From positions 1 through 32,027 of the forward strand of contig JASEHU010000001.1 in assembly GCA_030018635.1 (NCBI GenBank): 32,027 bases of DNA, given 5' to 3'. The stretch is from a bacterium. Lineage in GTDB: Bacteria > UBA9089 > CG2-30-40-21 > SBAY01. A program made the position numbers and the translations under genes. Below are positions 9,555 to 17,702 of the stretch, in pieces; within the stretch, counting starts at the first letter, position 1; each line of letters starts with the position of its first letter. Below the pieces are notes generated by a model, which saw only the letters and a list, made by a program, of their open reading frames with translations, searched no databases and was not told the origin of the DNA.

Positions 9555-10347
9555 TGGTTTTTACTACCTCCTCTATCACCAGACCACCATCACGGTTGAT
9601 TATTTCCCGGGCCAAACTTATATACGACTCTGCCCCTGTTGAATTTATATCATAAAGAATAATAGGCTTACCAAAACTTGGTGCCTCTGAAAGTCGGACA
9701 TTACACGGGATGATGGTTTGATAGACCTTATCCTTGAAACATTTTTTAATCTCGGCGGTAATCTGTTGGGAAAGGTTTGTTCGGGCATCAAACATAGTCA
9801 AAAGTATCCCTTCAACCTTCAGGTCAGGATTAATCTTACCCTGGACCAGGGTAATTGTTCCTAAAAGTTGCCCCAATCCTTCTAAGGCATAATATTCACA
9901 TTGAATAGGAATCAGAACCGTCTCCGCGGCAACTAAGGAATTCAAGGTAAGTAATCCTAAGGAAGGTGGGGTGTCAATAAAAATATACTTATAATTATCT
10001 TTAATCGAGGTGAGGACATTCTTTAATTGCAACTCCCTTTCTTCTATGTTCACTAATTCAATCTCTGCCCCGGTTAAGGTAACATTGGAAGGGATTAAAT
10101 CCAGATGTTCCATCTCGGTTTTCTGGATAGCCCTGTCAATTGGCGCCTTCCCAATCAAAACCTCATAAATGTTCGGCTCACATTTATGTTTATCAAACCC
10201 TAATCCACTTGTAGAATTACCTTGTGGGTCCATATCAACCAGCAGGCAATCCTGGCCTAACATAGCCAAACATGCGGCTACATTTACAGCCGTAGTGGTC
10301 TTCCCTACACCACCTTTTTGATTAGCAATAGTAATTATTCTACCCAT
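9547..10347 (-). CDS. parA: Chromosome partitioning ATPase ParA/Soj
   Basis: 266-aa ORF with the deviant Walker A NQKGGVGKTT, plus DMDPQGN and IDTPPSLG motifs. Confidence 0.95.
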   Translation of the reverse strand: MGRIITIANQKGGVGKTTTAVNVAACLAMLGQDCLLVDMDPQGNSTSGLGFDKHKCEPNIYEVLIGKAPIDRAIQKTEMEHLDLIPSNVTLTGAEIELVNIEERELQLKNVLTSIKDNYKYIFIDTPPSLGLLTLNSLVAAETVLIPIQCEYYALEGLGQLLGTITLVQGKINPDLKVEGILLTMFDARTNLSQQITAEIKKCFKDKVYQTIIPCNVRLSEAPSFGKPIILYDINSTGAESYISLAREIINRDGGLVIEEVVKTNG

Positions 10348-10373
10348 AATATTTTCCTCCTTAACTTTTTTAA

Positions 10374-10398
10374 GTCTGACGAGTCTGACAGGTCAGAC
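10374..10398. repeat. Small hairpin with duplicated gtctgac unit between rsmG and parA
   Basis: gtctgac-ga-gtctgac-ag-gtcagac. The 7-bp stem has its left arm duplicated in tandem. Confidence 0.6.
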
Positions 10399-10402
10399 TA
10401 AC

Positions 10403-11128
10403 TCATTTCAATGGTTTTCTTTGTGGAATTCCTGGCCTTCGAGGATATTCTAAAGGCGACGACTTGAGCTTTTCTATAATCACCAGGTTTCTCTCCTCAT
10501 GAAGGATTGGCAGGATTATTCGTTTTTGTTCCCTTATCCTGCCACCTAAAACCTCTATTGCCTTTTGTGCATGGCTTACCTCATTCTGGATATCAAACCC
10601 TTTTTGGGCAATGAATATCCCCCCTGCTTTTAAAAAAGGTAAGGCACACTCAACTAAGGTATTTAATTTAGCCACAGCCCTGGCCACGACAACATCATAT
10701 CTCTCTCGATATTCTACTTTCTTACCCAAATCTTCTGCTCTACCTATTAAAATTTCAAATTCTATGGATAGCTGATTTTTAAGGTGATACAGGAAATCTA
10801 CCTGTTTTTCGTTTGAATCCAGTAAAGTTAATTCAATCCCCGGGTGACAAATTTTTAGTGGTATACCCGGAAATCCCGCTCCAGTACCAAGGTCAATTAT
10901 CTTCATTCCCTTGTCTGGATTAAATCCACAAAAACAGGTCAATGAATCAAGGAAATGTTTAATAATGATTTCCTTTGAGGTTTTAATCCCGGTTAGATGC
11001 ACCTGTTGGTTATAACTCTTAAGTGTATCTAAATAGACAAAGAACAATCTTATTTGAGGGTCATTGAAGTTAATTTCTAACCCCTCTGCCCCTTGTTTTA
11101 GCAATTCTTGCAACCCATCTTTTTGCAT
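10403..11128 (-). CDS. rsmG: 16S rRNA (guanine527-N7)-methyltransferase RsmG/GidB
   Basis: 241-aa ORF with SAM-binding motif DLGTGAGFPGIPL, in the conserved position immediately upstream of parA. Confidence 0.9.
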   Translation of the reverse strand: MQKDGLQELLKQGAEGLEINFNDPQIRLFFVYLDTLKSYNQQVHLTGIKTSKEIIIKHFLDSLTCFCGFNPDKGMKIIDLGTGAGFPGIPLKICHPGIELTLLDSNEKQVDFLYHLKNQLSIEFEILIGRAEDLGKKVEYRERYDVVVARAVAKLNTLVECALPFLKAGGIFIAQKGFDIQNEVSHAQKAIEVLGGRIREQKRIILPILHEERNLVIIEKLKSSPLEYPRRPGIPQRKPLK

Positions 11129-11187
11129 CTTATTTTATTAGAGTGTAATACATTTTGGCTTATATGTCAAGAAAAAAATCCACCAAT

Positions 11188-11231
11188 GTCAATTAAGAAT
11201 TAAAAGTGGACACTTTTAATTCTTAATTGAC
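11188..11231. promoter_or_regulatory. Perfect 21+2+21 bp palindrome in the divergent rsmG/rpmF control region (candidate operator)
   Basis: gtcaattaagaattaaaagtg-ga-cacttttaattcttaattgac with no mismatch. Each arm ends in a TTGACA hexamer that reads outward on its own strand. Confidence 0.5.
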
Positions 11232-11247
11232 ATCCTAAAAAATCTTC

Positions 11248-11276
11248 TTGACATAAACCAAAAAATAGTGTATGAT
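11248..11276 (+). promoter_or_regulatory. Candidate sigma70-type promoter for the rpmF-plsX-fab operon
   Basis: TTGACA at 11248-11253, a 17-nt spacer, then TATGAT at 11271-11276, about 110 nt upstream of rpmF. Confidence 0.5.
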
Positions 11277-11386
11277 ACTTAATCACCCTATTACAAGTAA
11301 TTAAAAATTATGGATAATCAATTTGGGTGTGGATTGGGGAAATCCATAATCCGAAATCACAAATAGAAAAAGGAGGTTTTTGAAAA

Positions 11387-11581
11387 ATGGCAAATCCAAA
11401 ACGACAAACATCAAAATCAAAACGAGATAAAAGAAGAACACATTGGAAGATAACACCGGTAGATATTTCTACATGTTCACAATGTGGACATCCAAAATTA
11501 CCCCATCGGGTGTGTTTAGATTGTGGATTTTACGATGGCCGATTGGTATTAAGGATAGAGGAGAAAAAGGAGAAGAAATAA
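11387..11581 (+). CDS. rpmF: 50S ribosomal protein L32
   Basis: 64-aa ORF starting MANPKRQTSKSKRDKRRTHW, with a CSQCG...CLDCG zinc ribbon. RBS AAAGGAGG lies upstream. Confidence 0.95.
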   Translation: MANPKRQTSKSKRDKRRTHWKITPVDISTCSQCGHPKLPHRVCLDCGFYDGRLVLRIEEKKEKK

Positions 11582-11582
11582 T

Positions 11583-12578
11583 ATGCGCATTGCGGTTGAT
11601 GCTATGGGAGGAGACCATGCGCCAGAGGCTATTGTTGCCGGTGTAATCGAGGCATTGGGAGAGTTAAATGGGATTGCTCAAATAACCTTAGTTGGCAAAG
11701 AAGAGATAGTAGCTAAGGAATTATCCCGTTATTCCATAAAAGGGATGCCTGTTGTCATTAAAAATGCAGAGCAAATGATTGAAATGCATGAATCCCCGGC
11801 ACAGGCGGTTAAAACCAAGAAGGACTCCTCAATTGTTGTAGCCACAAGGGCTTTGAAAGAAGGTGAAGTGCAGGCTGTTGTCTCGGCTGGTAATACCGGC
11901 GCGGTTATGGCCTCCTCATTAATGGAATTAGGCAGATTAGAAGGGGTGAATAGACCGGCTATTGCTACCTTAATTCCTACATTAGAAGGGGTATCGATAC
12001 TTCTTGATGTTGGCGCTAATGTAGATTGTAAATCTAATCAGCTTCTACAATTTGCTATGATGGGTGATGTCTATGCCAGATATATCCTGAAAAAAACTAA
12101 TCCTAAAATAGGACTTTTGAGTATTGGTGAAGAAGAAGGTAAAGGAAATGCCTTGACCTGCGAGACATTTGACCTGTTGCAAAAAACCTCTTTGAATTTT
12201 ATTGGTAATGTCGAAGGAAGAGATATTATAAATGGTAAGGTAGATGTAATTGTCTGTGATGGTTTTGTAGGTAATGTGGTTTTGAAATTTGGTGAAAGTC
12301 TGGCCGAGATGATAATTGGTTTTTTAAAGCGGGAATTATCTAAAAATATTAGTTTAAAACTTGGGGCATTTCTTTCTAAACCTGCCTTTAAAAAATTTAA
12401 GAAATTACTCGATTATTCAGAATATGGCGGGGCACCTCTTTTAGGGGTAGATGGTGTTTGCATTATCTGCCATGGGGCATCCTCGGCTAAGGCAATAAAA
12501 AACGGTATCCGTGTTGCCTGCGAATTTATTGACCACCAGGTCAACCTCCATATCGAGGAAAGTATTAAAGGAAAGTAA
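11583..12578 (+). CDS. plsX: Phosphate acyltransferase PlsX
   Basis: 331-aa ORF starting MRIAVDAMGGDHAP, with SAGNTGA and GFVGNVVLK motifs. It begins 2 nt after rpmF. Confidence 0.95.
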   Translation: MRIAVDAMGGDHAPEAIVAGVIEALGELNGIAQITLVGKEEIVAKELSRYSIKGMPVVIKNAEQMIEMHESPAQAVKTKKDSSIVVATRALKEGEVQAVVSAGNTGAVMASSLMELGRLEGVNRPAIATLIPTLEGVSILLDVGANVDCKSNQLLQFAMMGDVYARYILKKTNPKIGLLSIGEEEGKGNALTCETFDLLQKTSLNFIGNVEGRDIINGKVDVIVCDGFVGNVVLKFGESLAEMIIGFLKRELSKNISLKLGAFLSKPAFKKFKKLLDYSEYGGAPLLGVDGVCIICHGASSAKAIKNGIRVACEFIDHQVNLHIEESIKGK

Positions 12579-12813
12579 GTGAGCAAGGAGCAAGGTTTTT
12601 CGTAAGCGTTCAGGTAAAATGTAGAATGTAGAATATTGAATGTAGAATGTAAAAGGAAGGCAGGAAAAATAGTAAAACTTCATAATTCTACATTCTACAT
12701 TCTACATTCAATATTCTACATTCAAGGTGAATTTCCGTTTGCACAGGTCGAGGTTTTTGCTTCAATTCTTCACCTTGATCCTCGTTCCTTGTTCCTTCCA
12801 CTGAGGAACAAGG
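12579..12813. repeat. Nested long hairpin complex between plsX and fabH (atgtaga heptad arms inside gagcaagg arms)
   Basis: Inner arms are aatgtagaatgtagaatattgaatgtagaatgt (12618-12650) and attctacattctacattctacattcaatattctacatt (12685-12722). Outer arms are gtgagcaaggagcaagg (12579-12595) and ccttgatcctcgttccttgttcc (about 12773-12797). A separate perfect 9-bp hairpin, ccttgttcc/ggaacaagg, lies at 12787-12813. Confidence 0.8.
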
Positions 12814-12855
12814 ACATAGGAGAGATCTGACACCTAACGCTGACAAAGGAAAATA

Positions 12856-13851
12856 ATGACAAAGGACAAATTAAGACCGGTAGGGATTGTTGGAACAGGC
12901 TCTTGGACACCTTCTAAGGTAGTGACTAATTTTGACTTAGAAAAGATAATCGATACCTCGGATGAGTGGATTCGACAAAGAACAGGGATAGTTGAACGGC
13001 GGATTGCTGAAGATGATGAGGCATCCTCTGATTTAGCTACCCGGGCCGCATTAATCGCTTTAAAGGATGCTAATGTCTTACCTACAAAGGTAGAGATGAT
13101 TATCGTAGCGACCGTTACCCCGGATATGACTTTTCCTACTACAGCGTGCATGGTGCAAAAAAATATAGGGGCAGAACATGCAGCTTGCTTTGACCTGTTA
13201 GCGGCTTGCAGTGGGTTTAGTTATGCCTTAGAGGTAGGCCGGCAGTTAATTGCCGCTCATACCTACAAAACGGTGTTGGTCATTTCTGCCGATACACTTT
13301 CTAAAATTACTGATTGGACAGACCGCAATACCTGTGTTTTATTTGGAGATGGGGCAGGGGCAGCGGTTTTGCAACCTGTAGAAAAAGGTAGGGGAATACT
13401 CAGTAGCTATTTAGGTGCAGATGGCTCGCAAAGTGATATCTTACAATTACCCGGTGGCGGAAGCAGGAATCCTGTTAGTCAAAAATTAATAGATGAACGG
13501 GGACATTATATAAAAATGCGTGGTCAGGAGGTCTTTAAAATTGCCGTGCCGACAATGTGTAAAGCGGCAAAAAAGGCACTTCATTTAGCTGGATTAGCTC
13601 TGTCTGATGTGGATTTGTTTATCCCTCATCAGGCTAATCTAAGAATTATTGAAGCCGTAGCTAAACGACTCCATCTCCCTATGGAAAAAATCTTTATAAA
13701 TTTACATAAGTATGGTAATTCCTCATCCGCCTCTACGGCTATTGCCATAGATGAAGCGAATAAAGAAGGCAGAATGAAAAAGGGGGATGTTGTTGTCTTA
13801 AGCTCATTTGGCGGCGGATTATGCTGGGGAGGAACGGTAATTAGATGGTAG
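12856..13851 (+). CDS. fabH: 3-oxoacyl-ACP synthase III
   Basis: 331-aa ORF carrying the Cys-His-Asn triad contexts AACSGF, PHQANLRI and GNSSSAS. Confidence 0.95.
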   Translation: MTKDKLRPVGIVGTGSWTPSKVVTNFDLEKIIDTSDEWIRQRTGIVERRIAEDDEASSDLATRAALIALKDANVLPTKVEMIIVATVTPDMTFPTTACMVQKNIGAEHAACFDLLAACSGFSYALEVGRQLIAAHTYKTVLVISADTLSKITDWTDRNTCVLFGDGAGAAVLQPVEKGRGILSSYLGADGSQSDILQLPGGGSRNPVSQKLIDERGHYIKMRGQEVFKIAVPTMCKAAKKALHLAGLALSDVDLFIPHQANLRIIEAVAKRLHLPMEKIFINLHKYGNSSSASTAIAIDEANKEGRMKKGDVVVLSSFGGGLCWGGTVIRW

Positions 13852-13882
13852 CGAAGATGTTTTAATAAGGATTAAAAGAGTA

Positions 13883-14077
13883 ATGAAAATCCGTGACATC
13901 ATTAAGATGATTGAATCTGATAACTGGTATTTAGTCGTAACAAAAGGTAGTCATCGACAATACAAACATCCTGTTAAATCTGGTCGGGTAACTATCGCTG
14001 GACATCTTAATGATGATTTAGCTCCTGGGACATGGAACAGTATATTAAAACAAGCAAAGTTGAAGGAGGTAGAATAA
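13883..14077 (+). CDS. hicA: HicA-family mRNA interferase toxin
   Basis: 64-aa ORF with the HicA/YcfA pattern GSHRQYKHP...VTIAGH...DLAPGTWNSILKQAKL. Confidence 0.85.
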   Translation: MKIRDIIKMIESDNWYLVVTKGSHRQYKHPVKSGRVTIAGHLNDDLAPGTWNSILKQAKLKEVE

Positions 14078-14079
14078 CG

Positions 14080-14292
14080 ATGTATCGCTTTCTTATAGTC
14101 ATTGAAAAGGCAAATGGAAATTATTCTGCCTATTCACCTGATTTACCAGGTTGTGTAGCTACTGGACGAACCCGTGAAGAAACTGAAGAAAATATGTATT
14201 TTGCAATTGAAATGCATATACAGGGATTAATTGAAGATAATCTATCGATACCTAAATCACAAACTTTTTCTGAATATCTGGTGGTGAGGTAA
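14080..14292 (+). CDS. hicB: HicB-family antitoxin (short form without DNA-binding domain)
   Basis: I place the start at ATG 14080, 10 nt after GGAGGT and 2 nt after the hicA stop. The track's upstream start at 14032 overlaps hicA. MYRFLIVIEKANGNYSAYSPDLPGCVATGRTREE is the typical HicB/UPF0150 N-terminal fold signature. Confidence 0.8.
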   Translation: MYRFLIVIEKANGNYSAYSPDLPGCVATGRTREETEENMYFAIEMHIQGLIEDNLSIPKSQTFSEYLVVR

Positions 14293-14295
14293 AAA

Positions 14296-15225
14296 TTGCA
14301 AAAAATAGCCTATGTTTTCCCAGGCCAGGGTTCACAATCTGTAGGTATGGGATATGATTTTTATCAGAATTTTGAGCCGGCAAAAAGGATTTTTGATGAG
14401 GCGGATAAGGTATTGGGTTATCCCTTAACCAGGTTATGCTTTGAGGGACCGATTGAGAAATTATCCCAAACACAATATTCCCAACCAGCCATATTGACTA
14501 CAAGTATTGCTTGTTTGGAAGTATTAAAGGAGAATTTATTACCTACTACCTATTACCTACTACCTACTTACTTGGCAGGGCATAGCTTAGGCGAATATAG
14601 TGCCTTGGTAGCCGCTGGTGGGATAGAATTTAAAGAGGCAGTGCACATTGTTCACCAAAGGGCGCTCTTTATGCAGGAAGAGGCAGAAAAATACCCTGCG
14701 GGAATGACAGCTATCCTCGGATTAGAAAGGGCTGAGGTAGAACGGATTTGCCGGGAAGAATCCGTAGAGGTAGCTAATATTAATTGTCCCGGGCAAATTG
14801 TTATTTCCGGGCTTAAAGAGTGTTTGGAAAAGGCAGGACAAAAGGCAGTTGCCGCAGGGGCAAAGAGGGCAATTTCATTAGCCGTAAACGGTGCCTTCCA
14901 TTCGAGTTATATGTTACCTGCTCAAGAGAAATTAGCCAGGGTTCTATCCGAGGCAGAGATTAAAAACCTTCAGATACCGGTGATAGCCAATATCACAGCC
15001 AAACCTATAACAAACCCGGATGAAATAAGGGAATCTCTAACAAAACAGATTAGTGGTTCAGTATTGTGGGAAGATAGTGTCCGATTTATGATAAAACAAG
15101 GGGTAACCACCTTTATTGAGATTGGACCAGAAAAGGTGCTAAAAGGATTGATTAGAAGAATAGCATCAAATATAAGTGTGAAAAATATAGAAAATATGGT
15201 TAGTCTTAAAGAATTTAATGTATAA
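14296..15225 (+). CDS. fabD: Malonyl-CoA:ACP transacylase
   Basis: 309-aa ORF with a TTG start. It has the FPGQGSQ and GHSLGEYSA active-site serine motifs. A short in-frame repeat insertion lies just before the active site. Confidence 0.93.
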   Translation: MQKIAYVFPGQGSQSVGMGYDFYQNFEPAKRIFDEADKVLGYPLTRLCFEGPIEKLSQTQYSQPAILTTSIACLEVLKENLLPTTYYLLPTYLAGHSLGEYSALVAAGGIEFKEAVHIVHQRALFMQEEAEKYPAGMTAILGLERAEVERICREESVEVANINCPGQIVISGLKECLEKAGQKAVAAGAKRAISLAVNGAFHSSYMLPAQEKLARVLSEAEIKNLQIPVIANITAKPITNPDEIRESLTKQISGSVLWEDSVRFMIKQGVTTFIEIGPEKVLKGLIRRIASNISVKNIENMVSLKEFNV

Positions 15226-15240
15226 AACGAGAAATAAATT

Positions 15241-15861
15241 ATGAACAATAACCAAATCAATAAAATTACAGAAGATATTAATTTTATCAAAAGCATTTAT
15301 AAGAAATTAATAACAATGCTTCCTTCTTTCGATATTACTGATAAAGATATATTGCCTTACGGACTGAAACCGCATACGAGGTCCGTTAGTTGGCTTGTTG
15401 AACAGGTTATTACCCAACAAACGAAATTTAGAGCAAAACAACTGGGTCTTGATGATGTCAGTTTTGATATGCCTGATACATGTTTGCATGACTGTGAAAT
15501 TAAAATCGATGAAAAAATTTACTATATTAATGTAAAAATTCATAATGTTGCCATGAAAGAAAACAAAAATGACATAGCAGCAGTTGAAAAACTTTACATG
15601 CAATATGCTGCTAATTCCTCCTATGATTTAATTTATACTTGTTTTGGGATAGGTTTTAAGGATATAAATATTAAATTTGATCCTGATTATTTATGTTTAT
15701 TTTCTCCACAATTTTTGCCAATTTATGTGAATCCCAGAAATGATAAAATTCAAGCATATTATCATCATGACCCAGTATATAGAACAAGAGAAGAATTTTT
15801 AAAACTGCTTCGTGATAGTTCAAAAAGCATAATATTGAAACCACAAAAGGAGAAAGATTGA
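15241..15861 (+). CDS. Putative type II restriction endonuclease (partner of the downstream methyltransferase)
   Basis: 206-aa ORF, very AT-rich, with a 4-nt overlap onto the methyltransferase gene. The segment MPDTCLHDCEIK may be a PD...ExK-like motif, but the spacing is short. I recognise no family, so the call rests mainly on context. Confidence 0.45.
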   Translation: MNNNQINKITEDINFIKSIYKKLITMLPSFDITDKDILPYGLKPHTRSVSWLVEQVITQQTKFRAKQLGLDDVSFDMPDTCLHDCEIKIDEKIYYINVKIHNVAMKENKNDIAAVEKLYMQYAANSSYDLIYTCFGIGFKDINIKFDPDYLCLFSPQFLPIYVNPRNDKIQAYYHHDPVYRTREEFLKLLRDSSKSIILKPQKEKD

Positions 15862-16727
15862 ATATGGAAGAGATTTTAAATAAAATCTTTAATGAGGATG
15901 TGCTGAAGGGAATATCTAAAATTCCTGATAATTTTGTGGATTTAGTTGTGGCTGACCCTCCATATTGTTTAGGAAAGGATTACGGAAATAATTCTGATAA
16001 ATTAAAACCAGAGGATTATATAAAATGGAGTAAAAAATGGATAGATGCAGTAATTCCAAAAATAAAAAATACTGGTAGTTTTTATATATTTTTAACATGG
16101 CAACATAGTCCAGAGATTTTTAGTTATATAAAAACAAAACTTATTATGATAAATGAAATTATATGGGATAGAAAAGTACCGAGTATGGGTGGAAGCACCA
16201 GAAAATTTTCCTCTGTTCATGATAATATTGGATTTTTTGTAAAAACAAAGGATTATTATTTTGATATTGACGCAGTAAGAATTCCTTATGATGCAGAAAC
16301 TAAAAAAGCAAGGACTCGTTCAATTTTTGTGGGTAAAAAATGGCTTGAAATTGGATACAACCCAAAAGATTTATGGAGTGTAACAAGGATTCACGCAGAA
16401 GATCCAGAAAGAGAAACCCACCCCACGCAAAAGCCACTGGAGATTGTAGAAAGAATTATTAACGCAAGTTGTCCAGAACAAGGAGTTGTTGTCGATCCAT
16501 TTATGGGTAGTGGAACAACAGCAATTGCTTGCATTAAACTCAAAAGAAATTACATTGGTTTTGAAATAAATTCTAATTACTGTGAAATGATAGAAGAAAG
16601 AATTAATAAAGCAACAAACCCACTCTTTCTTTTTATCATACCAGAAAGAAATAATGGTGGAAATGAACAACAGGATTTGTTTGATTATGAAGAACTTGTA
16701 ACAAAATATTTAAGTGAGGTGAAATAA
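15858..16727 (+). CDS. Beta-class N6-adenine/N4-cytosine DNA methyltransferase (N6_N4_Mtase type)
   Basis: 289-aa ORF. Motif IV VVADPPY is near the N-terminus and SAM motif I DPFMGSGTTAIAC is near the C-terminus, which is the beta-class order. HPTQKPLEIVERII is also present. DPPY favours m6A. In-frame ATG 15864, behind AAGGAG, is an alternative start. Confidence 0.88.
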   Translation: MNMEEILNKIFNEDVLKGISKIPDNFVDLVVADPPYCLGKDYGNNSDKLKPEDYIKWSKKWIDAVIPKIKNTGSFYIFLTWQHSPEIFSYIKTKLIMINEIIWDRKVPSMGGSTRKFSSVHDNIGFFVKTKDYYFDIDAVRIPYDAETKKARTRSIFVGKKWLEIGYNPKDLWSVTRIHAEDPERETHPTQKPLEIVERIINASCPEQGVVVDPFMGSGTTAIACIKLKRNYIGFEINSNYCEMIEERINKATNPLFLFIIPERNNGGNEQQDLFDYEELVTKYLSEVK

Positions 16728-16728
16728 A

Positions 16729-17481
16729 ATGTGTGAACGAATATTGGTAAATCAGGTGGCTATTGTTACCGGCGGGGCAAGAGGAATTGGCCGGGCAATT
16801 TGTGAGGCACTGGCAGAAGAAGGTGCAAATATTGTGGTTGTGGATATAAATCTTGACCAGGCAAATGAAACAGACCAGGCGTTAACGAAACAATTCGATG
16901 TCCAGACACTAAGTCTGCAGGTAAATGTAGCCGATATTTCACAAGTTGAAAAAATGGTAAAAAATGTTCTTGACAAATTTGGCAAGATTAATATACTTAT
17001 TAATAATGCGGGGATAACAAGAGATACCTTTCTTATTCGCATGAGTCCTGAAGATTTTAAGGCGGTATTGGATGTCAACCTCACCGGGACATTCAATTGC
17101 ACCAAAGAAATAGCCAAAATAATGGTTAAACAACGAACGGGCAAGATAGTTAATATTTCATCGACTGTGGGTATTCAAGGGAATATAGGACAGGTTAATT
17201 ATTCGGCATCAAAGGCCGGGGTTATTGGTCTAACTAAATCAGCCGCGAGGGAATTGGCTAAAAGAGGGATAAATGTAAATGCTGTTGCCCCGGGATTCAT
17301 AGAAACCGAGATGACGGCAAAATTAGCCGATGAAATCAAAAAGGAATATTTAGAAAAAATACCGCTTGAGCGATATGGTAAGCCACAAGATATTGCCCAG
17401 GCAGTTAAATTTTTGGTTTCCCCAGATGCAAATTATATCACCGGTCAGGTGATTGTCGTTGATGGTGGAATGGCAATGTAA
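16729..17481 (+). CDS. fabG: 3-oxoacyl-ACP reductase
   Basis: 250-aa SDR with the TGGARGIGRA, NNAG and YSASKAG motifs. Confidence 0.93.
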   Translation: MCERILVNQVAIVTGGARGIGRAICEALAEEGANIVVVDINLDQANETDQALTKQFDVQTLSLQVNVADISQVEKMVKNVLDKFGKINILINNAGITRDTFLIRMSPEDFKAVLDVNLTGTFNCTKEIAKIMVKQRTGKIVNISSTVGIQGNIGQVNYSASKAGVIGLTKSAARELAKRGINVNAVAPGFIETEMTAKLADEIKKEYLEKIPLERYGKPQDIAQAVKFLVSPDANYITGQVIVVDGGMAM

Positions 17482-17493
17482 AGAAGAAATTTT

Positions 17494-17648
17494 GGAATGG
17501 TTCACTTTAATTTGAAAGATTGCGGTTAAAAGATGGAGTTGGAAATTAGAAATTAGAAATTAGGTTTACAAGTCTCTCCCCAATTTCTAATTTCCAATTT
17601 CCAATTTCTAAAAGAAATCATAGTAAAAACGATAAAATGAACCGTCCC
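17494..17648. repeat. Complete palindromic element: TIR-like ends, 45-nt module and gaaatta heptad hairpin
   Basis: Left end ggaatggttcac (17494-17505) matches right end atgaaccgtccc (17637-17648) as an inverted pair. The core arms are ggaaattagaaattagaaattagg and ccccaatttctaatttccaatttccaatttct. The left flank is the reverse complement of the module found at 21905 and 24841. Confidence 0.8.
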
Positions 17649-17702
17649 GAAATTTTAAGGATAGGAAGAGTAGAGTAAAAATCAAGGAGGTGAAGAAAAA
17701 AA

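Noticed and set aside
10348-11386. A possible oriC, because rsmG-parAB clusters are often origin-proximal.
   Set aside because: I saw no cluster of TTATCCACA-like DnaA boxes; there is only one partial tgtggatt near 11321. No dnaA or dnaN is in the window, and there is no obvious AT-rich unwinding element beyond the background AT richness.
11443-11646. ORF 11443-11646 (+), which overlaps rpmF and plsX.
   Set aside because: It is out of frame with two confidently identified genes and has no recognisable motif.
12600-12725. Tandem short repeats here, and at 19211, 20041 and 23888, could be mistaken for CRISPR arrays.
   Set aside because: The units are 7-8 nt and directly contiguous with no spacers. 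They are arranged as two inverted arms, and no cas genes are present.
12441-12830. ORFs 12441-12683 (-) and 12636-12830 (+).
   Set aside because: They lie almost entirely within the hairpin repeats, and the first also runs antisense into the plsX 3' end. They translate to low-complexity strings (STFYILHSIFYI) and have no RBS. They are artefacts of repeat DNA.
14032-14079. The upstream start (14032) for hicB, and TTG 28749 for the DUF2339-like gene.
   Set aside because: Start 14032 overlaps hicA by 46 nt, whereas ATG 14080 follows a GGAGGT RBS. TTG 28749 has no RBS, whereas ATG 28716 follows AAGGAG and begins the first TM helix.
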